NCBI GenBank assembly: GCA_022709425.1
Contig: JAKLIW010000003.1
Span: 102,293-166,292, forward strand
Source: a bacterium
GTDB lineage: Bacteria; UBP6; UBA1177; JAKLFG01
DNA: 64,000 nt
Reading direction: 5' to 3'
Both the position numbers and the translations under genes were made by a program. The notes beneath the pieces are model-generated. The model ran no database searches, was not told the DNA's origin, and saw only the letters and a program-made list of their open reading frames with translations. Shown one piece after another: positions 9,516 to 18,772 of this stretch (its first letter is position 1; every line of letters starts with the position of its first letter).

Positions 9516-10028
9516 TCACCTTCCGCACACAAGAAACACCACCACCCCATCCTCCTCGCCCGTTGCCCACTTTTTCCTCGGCTCAGCGGGAGGCGCCGGC
9601 GGGATAAGCATTTCTGAGAAATACCCCTTCCGATAACGCGCATGCTGCGTCATCCGGTCATACAGGTCCACTTTGTTATTCTCCTCGCTGAGTTTCCGGG
9701 AGTAGTAAGGAAGGAGGAGGGAGATGGGAACCGTGGTATCCGAATACCCCCACAGGAGATTATGTTTTTCCGGCACCAGATTCGAGTATAGCCTCAAAGC
9801 AACTTCGATATCATTGTCCGTCAGCGCGCCCCCGAAAATATAAAGCAGACTTGCCTCGGGGGGCATGTTGGCTAGATCGCATCGTGCATAGATTGCCGCC
9901 TCATCTACCGCTTCCAACGCAGTCTTGCCCAGACCGACGGAAACCACGCACTCATCCTCGATGAGCGACAGGAACATCCCCAGAGCGGCATTGTCCACGC
10001 AGACCCTCTGTTTTTCGGGTTCGAGCAT
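9516..10028 (-). CDS. Hypothetical protein, paralog B (~171 aa), with an LLWGYSD motif
   Basis: Internal Met start (MLEPEKQRVCVDNAALG...). The N-terminal part of the long ORF-track frame looks like spurious read-through. Confidence 0.5.
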   Translation of the reverse strand: MLEPEKQRVCVDNAALGMFLSLIEDECVVSVGLGKTALEAVDEAAIYARCDLANMPPEASLLYIFGGALTDNDIEVALRLYSNLVPEKHNLLWGYSDTTVPISLLLPYYSRKLSEENNKVDLYDRMTQHARYRKGYFSEMLIPPAPPAEPRKKWATGEEDGVVVFLVCGR

Positions 10029-10223
10029 CCACTGGACCAAGCGCAAGACCACGATGTTGCCGGTAAAGAGCACGGCATCCCCCAAGGATAGGTTGACGGT
10101 TATATATATTACAAGCAGAGGGACTCCCGGTGTCCCTGTGGCGGTGGTATGATACAAGTATGAGCGTGCCGATTTGGACCGGATTGCGGGGCACGAAAAA
10201 CGAACCGCTAAAAGGAGACTGTC

Positions 10224-10493
10224 ATGAGTGAGCACAAAGAGTTCAGACCGTTCGTTACGCGTCGTTATCTTGCCGCCGTCTATGAGCGCATCCCCGTTCC
10301 GGCGGAACTGACCACCGAGGAAGAGATGGCCGCCTTTGCGCGAGGGGCGACCCTCGGCCGCTTCAAATGTGTTCTGGCGCCGGGTCCCGGGCGGGCGATT
10401 TGGTTCAATGAAAAGGGCGAGATCACCGGGCGCGACGAACATGACGCCCAACTGCCGCGTGCAAAGCCCGATGTGGGGAGACTGATATTTTAG
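10224..10493 (+). CDS. Hypothetical protein (89 aa)
   Basis: Clean ORF that follows a promoter-like AT-rich stretch. No motif was recognised. Confidence 0.4.
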   Translation: MSEHKEFRPFVTRRYLAAVYERIPVPAELTTEEEMAAFARGATLGRFKCVLAPGPGRAIWFNEKGEITGRDEHDAQLPRAKPDVGRLIF

Positions 10494-10572
10494 CAGTCCA
10501 TATAAGGAAAATGGATTTCGCCGGCGGGCTTAGTTATACTGACCGGTCTCGAACACCGGGGGAGGAAAACAC

Positions 10573-11607
10573 ATGGCCAGATCGATCAGCCTTGACAACC
10601 AGCTTAAGCGGGTAGAGATCAACTCATTCGTCGTCGAGAACGAACTAATCCACGGTTACTTCAGCGGCGTGCCGGAGGCTGATCGGGAGGAACGACTTTT
10701 CAAGGCGCTTTATATTGGTGTCCTCGCCCTCATGGAGGAGCGCCTCGGAGCCTTTCTCGCCAAGACGAAGAACGAACTAGGCACCGAACTCGAATACCTG
10801 AAGATCCTCTTTGACATGAAGAAGTTCACTTACGACAAAACGACCGGAAAGGGCAAACTCGCGGAGCGCGACATCTTTGACTTCCTTACCGGCTACCTGA
10901 AAAAAAAGAATATCGCCGATACCGTCACCCTGACCGGCGACAAGGCGGGTGACCTGCCGAGGAATAAGACGGGCGATATCGTCTGCGACATTGCCGACAA
11001 CGGCGGGAAGCGGATCGCCATCGAGTGCAAATTTGACAAGGGGGTTGCGCTGGGCGACAGCACCGCGGTCAACATCACCCAGAAACGCGCCGATACTGCG
11101 TGGAGCCAATTGCTTGAAGCGCAGGTGAACCGCGGCGCCGACATTTCCCTCATCGTGTTCGACAAGGGAACCGCCAGTGCTTCAATAGTGAAGGCCTGCG
11201 ACGGCGTCATATTCCTTCCCGAAGTCGGGTTCGTCGTTGTGATAGATTCCCAGAAGGATGACTACACCAACCTCGCTATCGCCTATCTGCTGGCGCGCGA
11301 CATCGCCATTCATGCAAAGCCGGTCGAGCTGGACAAGGACACCCTCGCCGCACTCGTCAACCGTATTGTGACCGAGATGCGAGATTTCTTATCGATACGG
11401 GCATTGGTTGAGGCGAACATCGAGAACAACCGCGAGATCCTCAAGAAGATGCAGAAGGGGCTCCTGACCGTAGAGTTCACGGCCGAGTACCTGAGCCAGT
11501 TTCTTCAAAGCGGCATCATGACCAGAAAGGATTTCCTTGATTTCACCCGGGCCGAAGATATCCGGACGAAGTACAAAGCGATCGAACAGGGACTGGAAAA
11601 GATTTGA
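10573..11607 (+). CDS. PD-(D/E)xK-fold nuclease-like protein (restriction-endonuclease-like), 344 aa
   Basis: Motif GDIVCDIADNGGKRIAIECKFDKG gives D...(n)...E-C-K, the spacing of a PD-(D/E)xK catalytic core. It stands alone with no adjacent methyltransferase. Confidence 0.6.
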   Translation: MARSISLDNQLKRVEINSFVVENELIHGYFSGVPEADREERLFKALYIGVLALMEERLGAFLAKTKNELGTELEYLKILFDMKKFTYDKTTGKGKLAERDIFDFLTGYLKKKNIADTVTLTGDKAGDLPRNKTGDIVCDIADNGGKRIAIECKFDKGVALGDSTAVNITQKRADTAWSQLLEAQVNRGADISLIVFDKGTASASIVKACDGVIFLPEVGFVVVIDSQKDDYTNLAIAYLLARDIAIHAKPVELDKDTLAALVNRIVTEMRDFLSIRALVEANIENNREILKKMQKGLLTVEFTAEYLSQFLQSGIMTRKDFLDFTRAEDIRTKYKAIEQGLEKI

Positions 11608-11706
11608 GCATGAGGTGCTTGCAAAGCCTGTCCGGACGCCGTCCGGCACGACCAGAAACTCTTCTTAGCGGAAGTTTGCTCGTTCACAGAAGGGATTGCT
11701 TTTAAT

Positions 11707-11865
11707 ATGACTACAAAAAACTATACCGCCACCATCCGGACAAAAGCCGATGGCCACCCCGTTAAGATAACGGTGCAGGCCAACGATGTCCATCAGGCCC
11801 GCTCCATCATCGAGATGCGGCCCGAGTTTAAACAGTTTGTCTCCATGCCCAAAGAGTTGAAATAG
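11707..11865 (+). CDS. Small hypothetical protein (52 aa, MTTKNYTATIRTKADGHPVKITVQANDVHQARSIIEMRPEFKQFVSMPKELK)
   Basis: An ATG-to-TAG frame that is not in the ORF track because it is under 60 aa. It lies between two defence-like genes. Confidence 0.3.
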   Translation: MTTKNYTATIRTKADGHPVKITVQANDVHQARSIIEMRPEFKQFVSMPKELK

Positions 11866-11900
11866 AAATAGCCGCGAGGTTATGACATGACACTCATCAA

Positions 11901-12482
11901 ATGTCCCGATTGATGAAGGTAAAGGGTATGAAAAAAGGTGACAACAGCTGGATGTATGCCAACACACCATCGAATGATGCTCGCTTTCTCTTGGGGCAAC
12001 AGCTTAAAAAAACAGGACCAACCCTCATTTGTATAGGGGTAAATCCCAGCACTGCCGAACCAGATGATTTGGATCCTACTCTAGCGCGGGTTCGTAATAG
12101 GGCGGATGACCGAGATTATGCACGATGGGTCATGTTGAATTTATATCCGCAGCGCGCCACCGATCCGAATGATATGGATGAGGTCTGCAATATAGGTTGG
12201 CGCAGGGAAAACCTGCAGAAGATCGCGGCTCTGATAGACAGCCTTCTGCTCAAAGGGCCAATAGATATTTGGTGTGCATGGGGGAACCTCATCGACAAGA
12301 GGCCCTACTTGAGATCCTGCTTGAGAGAGATAGTTGAACTCCTGTTACATCGACCCGGACTTCATTTTCTCACTTTTGGTAAAGAGACAAAAAAAGGCAA
12401 TCCGCACCACCCACTTTTTCTAAAGAGAAAACTGAAGGCCAAAAAACTATCAAGGGAAGATATCAATCGTTTTTTGATATAA
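11901..12482 (+). CDS. DUF1643-family protein
   Basis: ICIGVNPSTAEPDDLDPTLARVRN...WVMLNLYPQRATDPNDM matches the NPSTA / DPT / NL..R.TdP hallmark blocks of DUF1643 as I remember them. Confidence 0.6.
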   Translation: MSRLMKVKGMKKGDNSWMYANTPSNDARFLLGQQLKKTGPTLICIGVNPSTAEPDDLDPTLARVRNRADDRDYARWVMLNLYPQRATDPNDMDEVCNIGWRRENLQKIAALIDSLLLKGPIDIWCAWGNLIDKRPYLRSCLREIVELLLHRPGLHFLTFGKETKKGNPHHPLFLKRKLKAKKLSREDINRFLI

Positions 12483-12503
12483 ACAACAGGTCGGGAGAAC
12501 AGG

Positions 12504-13583
12504 ATGGGTTTGCCGGCAATCAGAGGAGCGATTCTTGAAGAAATAGTTTTATACCTGCTCGCAAGAGTCGGGTATCGAGAAATTATTGCTGGTGAAGAGG
12601 GAACGCGGAGGGGACATTCCGGTCTTGAGGTGGAGGGGCGTGGGGAATGGCATCAAATTGATGCTTTTGCCGCCTTCGATCATTCCCCAGCTTTTATGTA
12701 TCCACTGCGGCTTATGGTGGAAGCGAAGTGTTATGTTGCTTCCCGTCCAGTTGGAATAGAAACTGTGCGAAATGCAGTCGGTGTATTGAAAGATATTTCA
12801 GAAAACTACTTTACACCTCGACTATATTCCAATCACCGGGATTCAATAAAGTTTCAACAATACAACTATCATGCAGCTATTTTCTCTACCAGCGGATTCA
12901 CGCGAGGCGCAGAACGTTATGCTATAGCACACCAAATATTTCTCATACAATATAAGGATGTTCATCTTTTTCACCCCATTTCGCAGGCATTGTTGGGCAT
13001 TGGCAACAAACATTTCAAGAAAACAATGCTTTCCAGAAATAACATTACAAATGTCTCGCGAGAGGCGGTTCGCCGATTACTTCGGGGAGATCCCTTAACG
13101 GATGTTATGCCTTTTACGCGATCTGGACTCAAATATCTCAGAGAGCAAATATTGAATCCATTGCACGCTATTGGTGGGTCATACTTCGGAATGTTGCAAG
13201 GCAAGTGGCCAATCCATCTGCTTTCAGAAACTCCCTTGCCCTTAGCTCTTTTTAGAGAGCAGGATGTGGTCAAGTGCAAGATATACGGACGCGAAAGCAA
13301 GCATTGGTCCTTTGTGCCTGTTGATCAAAGAGAGGGGAGCGAGAACTGGTTTCGTCTAGAATTTGATTTGCCTGAAGAAGTCTTAGAGCTTGTCTGGTCG
13401 GCTCAAGGCGATAGAATTGCAATTGCACAACTAAAAATAGAGCATTTCTCTTTTATATGTGTTTCAGGAATTATCGGTAATGTGCGCCGGCAGGTTATCC
13501 TGGAACTAGATGAAGGCTGGATAAATGATTACATAAACAAAATGCGCGAAGCTGCCAACAAGCAAAAGACAAGGCACCCATGA
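12504..13583 (+). CDS. Mrr-like restriction endonuclease-fold protein (PD-(D/E)xK)
   Basis: N-terminal GAILEEIVLYLLARVGYREI resembles Mrr_cat. HQIDAF...LMVEAKCY gives a D / E-A-K core. The start is 22 nt after the DUF1643 stop. Confidence 0.6.
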   Translation: MGLPAIRGAILEEIVLYLLARVGYREIIAGEEGTRRGHSGLEVEGRGEWHQIDAFAAFDHSPAFMYPLRLMVEAKCYVASRPVGIETVRNAVGVLKDISENYFTPRLYSNHRDSIKFQQYNYHAAIFSTSGFTRGAERYAIAHQIFLIQYKDVHLFHPISQALLGIGNKHFKKTMLSRNNITNVSREAVRRLLRGDPLTDVMPFTRSGLKYLREQILNPLHAIGGSYFGMLQGKWPIHLLSETPLPLALFREQDVVKCKIYGRESKHWSFVPVDQREGSENWFRLEFDLPEEVLELVWSAQGDRIAIAQLKIEHFSFICVSGIIGNVRRQVILELDEGWINDYINKMREAANKQKTRHP

Positions 13584-13647
13584 ACGAAACCGAAACCAGA
13601 ACCAAGCATATTGATCCTAAACAAATCCATGAGAGAATTATTGTTTA

Positions 13648-14574
13648 ATGTGGTGTTCAGAGGAGGGCTCTGAAATGTCAAGAAACTTAAGAAAAGAGCG
13701 GGCATGGTTGTTAACGGTGGCTCGGACTGTTGCCGTCAGACTCAAACAGTATAGCGATGGAACAAAAATACGTATAAGAAAGCCCACCCGTGTAACAGAA
13801 TCAAACACCGATGGTTGGTACGCTATCATTGGCGATATGGGGAAGAATCAACCGCGGCTTGAAATATGGCTCGATAGGTTTTCAGGGTATCCTGAGCGTA
13901 AACTATATGCTTGCTTTCGATCAGCAGAGAAAGAGCCGTTGATGAACCTCACCAAGCATGTCTCGCGGAACCTATGGCCGGTCCGTGTAATTACCATGAA
14001 AGATACCAACGGTGAAGAAAATGATTGTATTCTTACCGACCGTCTCAAGCGCGCTGAATTCAATGTCCCCATCCTCGAAAAATATGAAGAAGAGTGCGTA
14101 TACTACTTTGGCTTCTATGATCCAACTCGAAAATCTGAGGACAAAATAAACTCATATTTCTGTGATCGAGCCGTGGCTTTTTTCGAGGATGTGGCTCGTG
14201 CTCAGCCTAAGGCAACAGAGCAGGACGAGCAGCGAGAGGTTTATCCTCAACTGGAAAATCGACAACAAGTGGCATCGCATATCAGGCGCGAAAGAAGTCG
14301 CTACCTGTCCACAGAAAGGAAAATCCTTGACGATTACCAATGCCAGGTATGCGGTATGCGATTCGAGGAAGTTTACGGTGAGGCACTGGGGGCAAGATAT
14401 GCCGAAGCGCATCATTTGGTGCCACTGGGCAAATTGGAGGGTGCCGTCAAAACAAAAATCGAAGACCTGCGCACTGTTTGTGCTAACTGTCATCGAATGC
14501 TACACCGCATGGATGGTAAGCGAGATGACATTGCAAAGCTTAAAGCAACCCTTGATAAACATCGGAAGAAATAG
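13648..14574 (+). CDS. HNH endonuclease-domain protein with an unknown N-terminal domain
   Basis: C-terminal CQVCGMRFEE...AEAHHLVPLGKLEGAVKTKIEDLRTVCANCHRMLH is a canonical HNH (C-x2-C ... HH ... C-x2-C-H). Confidence 0.8.
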   Translation: MWCSEEGSEMSRNLRKERAWLLTVARTVAVRLKQYSDGTKIRIRKPTRVTESNTDGWYAIIGDMGKNQPRLEIWLDRFSGYPERKLYACFRSAEKEPLMNLTKHVSRNLWPVRVITMKDTNGEENDCILTDRLKRAEFNVPILEKYEEECVYYFGFYDPTRKSEDKINSYFCDRAVAFFEDVARAQPKATEQDEQREVYPQLENRQQVASHIRRERSRYLSTERKILDDYQCQVCGMRFEEVYGEALGARYAEAHHLVPLGKLEGAVKTKIEDLRTVCANCHRMLHRMDGKRDDIAKLKATLDKHRKK

Positions 14575-14609
14575 GGATGCTTTACAAGAATGCGGGAAAT
14601 GATGTCTGC

Positions 14610-14641
14610 GTAATAGGAGAAAAATGGATTTTGTTATAATG
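14610..14641 (+). promoter_or_regulatory. Candidate sigma-70 extended -10 promoter (tgtTATAAT) upstream of the methyltransferase operon
   Basis: TGnTATAAT lies at about 14632-14640, followed by a GAGGG RBS 7 nt before the ATG at 14686. Confidence 0.3.
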
Positions 14642-14685
14642 ATAAACTACAGTTACTGAGCCTTTAGCATCATGAGGGAAAAGCC

Positions 14686-16752
14686 ATGGTAAAAGAGCAG
14701 CATCAACCAGAGACCAGAGAAAAAAGCACGAATAGGAAAAAGAGTCTATCCGCTCTTAATACTATTCCAGCAGGGTACACCCTGGATTATATTTCCAGTA
14801 AACCAATCAAAGAGACTGCCAAGGAACAAGTTCGTCAGCGGGTGGTGCGTGCCCTGATTCACGAATATGGTTTTTCTCCAGAAGATATGGAGTTGGGTTT
14901 TTCCATTGGCGGTCGCAAGAAAGTTGATGTGGCCATTTTTCACCATGGCAAAGAACACACACTCGAAAATCTCGGCCGTGCCGTGATTTGCCGCCAGGAG
15001 CCAAATATTGGCAAGAACGCTGCCCGGATCCGGGACTTTGAACAGGCCGCAAATGACCTCGAAGAGATCGAGACTATTATGAGAGAGGTCGATGCGGTTC
15101 AGTATGGCCTGTGGACCAACGGTCTGGAATTCTTTTTTATCGAGAAAGAGCGGCAGCGCTTCGAAACCAAGTGCAACCCCATCGGTGACTGGCCGATGGC
15201 CGAAGAGTCAGTCGGTACCAAGGAGGTTATCTCCGATGCCCATACTCGCGTCGCCGACACAGAAATGCTCAAGATCACCTTCCGGCGTTGCCACAACTTC
15301 ATCCACGGCAACGAAGGCATGCCCAAGGACGCCGCATTCTGGCAGTTCCTTTATCTGATCTTCTGCAAAATGCATGACGAAAACCTGCGCGCCAAGCAGC
15401 GTCAGGCTTGGCAGTGCCGCTTCTGGGCTGGTCCCAAGGAGCAGTTCGAGGCCCAAGGCCGCAAGGCAATCCGCGTACGCATCGAGGATCTCTTCACCGA
15501 GGTCAAGAAGCAGTACAAGAACATTTTCCGAGGCAATGAGGAGATAGCCCTCTCCGACCGGGCACTGGCCTTTATCGTCTCTGAACTAGCCAAATACGAT
15601 TTCACCCGCACAGATGTCGATGCCAAGGGCGTGGCCTATCAGGAATTGGTGGGCGTCAACTTGCGCGGCGACCGTGGTCAGTATTTCACCCCCCGGGGCG
15701 TCGTGAAACTGGTAATTGAAATGCTCGATCCCCAGGAAAACGAAACTTTGCTGGACCCTGCCTGTGGCACCGGCGGTTTCCTGGTAGCCACATTGGGCCA
15801 TATGCTGAAGAAATTCCGCATAGAACAAAACACTCAGGTTGGGAAGGAGAGCACGACCGATTTTTTGAACGTTCACGAGCGGTTGAAAGAGTTTGCCGCT
15901 ACCAATGTGTTCGGGGCCGACTTTGACCCGTTTCTGATCCGAGCCGCGCAGATGAACATGGTTCTGGCAGGTGATGGTCGTGGGCATCTTTACAACATCA
16001 ATTCTCTAGAATTTCCACTAGGGCACCTAGCTGATTTGCCCTCTGCCAAGAAGGACCTCCCCTTTGGCTCTGTTGATCTCATTGCTACTAATCCACCGTT
16101 CGGTTCAGATATTCCAATTACCGATAGACACATCTTGGAGCAATATGAATTAGCTCACGAATGGAAGTCTGATGGAGAGGGTGGTTTTCGCAACACAGGC
16201 AGATTGCAGAGTAGCATGGCCCCTGAGATACTTTTTATTGAACGCTGCATTAAATGGATCAAGCCCGGTAAGGGTCGGATGGGCATTGTCCTGCCTGACG
16301 GGGTTCTCGGCAACCCAGCAGCGGAATACATCCGTTGGTGGATTATGCGCGAAACCCAAGTACTTGCCTCCGTTGATTTGCCGGTAGAATCCTTTATCGC
16401 CGAGGCCAATGTTAACATCCTCACCAGCCTGTTGTTCCTGCGCCGCAAGAGTGAAGAAGAAAAACGTACCGAGGCCATGGGCGCCATTGAAGAATATCCA
16501 GTCTTCATGGCCGTGGCCGACAAGGTTGGCTTCGACCGTCGCGGCAACAAACTCTACAAGCGCACTCCTGACGGCGAAGAAATCGTCGAAGCCAAGCAGC
16601 ATGTTGAGCGTATCCGCATCGGCGGACGCTTTGTGGAACGTACCCTGACTCGCAGTGAAAAGATTGAGGATAACGATCTGCCGGTTATCGCTGAAAAATA
16701 CCGAGAATTTATTAGGGAGCAAAAAGATGGGCGAAGAAAACGACATCATTGA
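14686..16752 (+). CDS. N6-adenine DNA methyltransferase (gamma-class, HsdM-like) fused to an N-terminal HSDR_N-type PD-(D/E)xK-like domain whose catalytic motif is degenerate
   Basis: Motif I LDPACGTGGFLV. Motif IV NPPFG. The N-terminus shows the HSDR_N pattern (RALIHEYGF...VDVAIF...AVICRQEP...GLWTNGLEFFF), but the canonical IE.K is replaced by ICRQ. Confidence 0.85.
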   Translation: MVKEQHQPETREKSTNRKKSLSALNTIPAGYTLDYISSKPIKETAKEQVRQRVVRALIHEYGFSPEDMELGFSIGGRKKVDVAIFHHGKEHTLENLGRAVICRQEPNIGKNAARIRDFEQAANDLEEIETIMREVDAVQYGLWTNGLEFFFIEKERQRFETKCNPIGDWPMAEESVGTKEVISDAHTRVADTEMLKITFRRCHNFIHGNEGMPKDAAFWQFLYLIFCKMHDENLRAKQRQAWQCRFWAGPKEQFEAQGRKAIRVRIEDLFTEVKKQYKNIFRGNEEIALSDRALAFIVSELAKYDFTRTDVDAKGVAYQELVGVNLRGDRGQYFTPRGVVKLVIEMLDPQENETLLDPACGTGGFLVATLGHMLKKFRIEQNTQVGKESTTDFLNVHERLKEFAATNVFGADFDPFLIRAAQMNMVLAGDGRGHLYNINSLEFPLGHLADLPSAKKDLPFGSVDLIATNPPFGSDIPITDRHILEQYELAHEWKSDGEGGFRNTGRLQSSMAPEILFIERCIKWIKPGKGRMGIVLPDGVLGNPAAEYIRWWIMRETQVLASVDLPVESFIAEANVNILTSLLFLRRKSEEEKRTEAMGAIEEYPVFMAVADKVGFDRRGNKLYKRTPDGEEIVEAKQHVERIRIGGRFVERTLTRSEKIEDNDLPVIAEKYREFIREQKDGRRKRHH

Positions 16753-18772
16753 AACCCTAGAGGAAGAACTCCTCGAAAAAGAGGATGTTGACGATGAAAG
16801 CGGTCCGGAGAAGTTCTTTATTGACATTCTGACCGGCAACAAAGAAAGCTCCTCGGCCAAGAAACTGCTAGTGCAGAAGGTCCTGCGCCAGCTCATCGAG
16901 AGTTACGGATTTGACCGAAATGATATTGAGGTTGATTACAAACATCGCATCAGGGGCGGCAAGCCGGCGAAAATTGATATTGTTATTTTTCGCCCCGATG
17001 CCGAACACACCAACGACAACCTGCAGCGAATCATCATCTGTAAGAATCAGAAGAAGCACGATAAGCTCCGCTCCGTTACCGAGGCCGACGCCGACCTGCG
17101 TCAGCTCAAGGAGCTGCTCGAGCTGATCCCCGGCACGACCCTGGGTATGTGGACCAATGGACACGAGGAATTCCTGTTCCAGGTCGAGCGCACCCGTTTC
17201 GAGGTCCGAACCAAACCTCTAGGCGTTTGGCCCATACCCGGAGAGGCAACAGTCGACCTTGAGCGCACAGGAGGAGTCATTCAGGTAAGCGCTGATGCGG
17301 AAGGCCTCGAAGATGCTCTTTCCCGTTGCTTCCTCTACCTTTCCAGCAATCAAAACATTGGCTTGGGTGACAGGGCTGGTTTTCAGCAGCTTGCTTTAAT
17401 TCTATTTTCGAAGATCTATGACGAAACGAAGCCTGCTGGTGAGAGACTGTTTTGGATCAAAGGGGAAGAGCCTTTTACACCAGAAGGTCAAGCGGCCATT
17501 CAACAGAGGATCGTTTCTTGTATAGAGGGGGCAATTGCATGGAAACCCAACCTCCTTGAACAAGGCTGGACTCTGAACCTAAGACCAAGCCAAACGGCTC
17601 GCGTGGTCATGGAGCTGGCTCGTTACTCTTTGAGCGAAACACTTCCTCGTTACCGAACCGGAGCTTTCAGATCAGTTGCTCGGTATGTAATGGACGGCAA
17701 AGATGGCCGCTATCCTACGCCACTCAATGTGGCCGAAATGGCGGTGGAGATGCTCGACCCGCAACCCGGTGAACGCATCATGGACTGCTCCAGCGGTACC
17801 GGCACTTTCTTGGCCATGGCCGCTGCGCACATCTTCAAGAAGAAACTGGCCGCCAGTGGCGCCACGCCTGAAGAGGCCACCAACAAACAGATCCGTCAGG
17901 CGCAAAACGAAACCGCCACCTGGGCGGCAAGCAATGCCCTGGGCTGTGACATTGATCCCTTTCTGGCCGTCGCCAGCCGCATGAATCTGCTGTTTACCAC
18001 CGGCAATCCCGGCCGAGTGTTCCGCATAGATGCCCGGACCTTCCCTGATGGAGATCAAGAGGGCATTGAAGTAGCTCGGCAATGCATGCCCCTCGGTAGC
18101 ATGGATGTGGTTTTGCTTAATCCATGGTTCTCCACCAAAAACACGGTGACCGATTCATTCATCCTAGAACGCTATGGCCTGGGCAATAACTGGGAGCGCG
18201 ATGAGGAAGGTGGATTCCGCAATACGGGCAATCTGAACACCGGTGGCGTACCACCCGAGGTTCTTTTTATCGAACGTGCCCTGCAGTGGGTGAAACCGGG
18301 CACCGGTCGTATCGCTATTTTATTGCCGGACGGGATCTTGGGTAACCCCGGAGATGAATACGTACGCTGGTGGATTCTGCGTCACTGCGAGGTGTTGGCC
18401 AGCGTCGACTTGCCCGTTGAACCCTTCAAGGTCACCGTCAAGGAGTATGGCCTGACGCCAGCTTTGCCTAGCCTACTGGTGCTGCGCCGTCGCAGCCAGG
18501 AAGAGCTGATCAACACAGAGTACCCGGAATACAAGGTCTTCATGGCCGTGGTGGATCGGGCCGGTGTGGATGCCCGAGGTAATCTGCTTTTCCAGCGAGC
18601 CCCCGATGGTGAAGAACTGGTTTTCGATGAGGAAGTGATCGAGCGGGTTCGTGAAGGTGGCGAAGTGAAAATCCGCCGCACCACGCGCCGCAACCGTCGC
18701 ATTCATGACGAACTGCCGCTGGTGGCAGAGAAATACAAGGAATTCCGCGCAACCGGCGAGGTGATGTTATGA
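16727..18772 (+). CDS. Paralogous HSDR_N-fused N6A-methyltransferase-like protein with an atypical motif IV (NPWF) and a degenerate nuclease motif (ICKN)
   Basis: Motif I MDCSSGTGTFLA. Motif IV reads NPWFSTKN instead of NPPF/Y. HSDR_N-like N-terminus (LRQLIESYGF...IDIVIF...RIIICKNQ...GMWTNGHEEFLF). Start set at the Met with an AGGGAG RBS; it overlaps the upstream gene. Confidence 0.8.
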   Translation: MGEENDIIETLEEELLEKEDVDDESGPEKFFIDILTGNKESSSAKKLLVQKVLRQLIESYGFDRNDIEVDYKHRIRGGKPAKIDIVIFRPDAEHTNDNLQRIIICKNQKKHDKLRSVTEADADLRQLKELLELIPGTTLGMWTNGHEEFLFQVERTRFEVRTKPLGVWPIPGEATVDLERTGGVIQVSADAEGLEDALSRCFLYLSSNQNIGLGDRAGFQQLALILFSKIYDETKPAGERLFWIKGEEPFTPEGQAAIQQRIVSCIEGAIAWKPNLLEQGWTLNLRPSQTARVVMELARYSLSETLPRYRTGAFRSVARYVMDGKDGRYPTPLNVAEMAVEMLDPQPGERIMDCSSGTGTFLAMAAAHIFKKKLAASGATPEEATNKQIRQAQNETATWAASNALGCDIDPFLAVASRMNLLFTTGNPGRVFRIDARTFPDGDQEGIEVARQCMPLGSMDVVLLNPWFSTKNTVTDSFILERYGLGNNWERDEEGGFRNTGNLNTGGVPPEVLFIERALQWVKPGTGRIAILLPDGILGNPGDEYVRWWILRHCEVLASVDLPVEPFKVTVKEYGLTPALPSLLVLRRRSQEELINTEYPEYKVFMAVVDRAGVDARGNLLFQRAPDGEELVFDEEVIERVREGGEVKIRRTTRRNRRIHDELPLVAEKYKEFRATGEVML

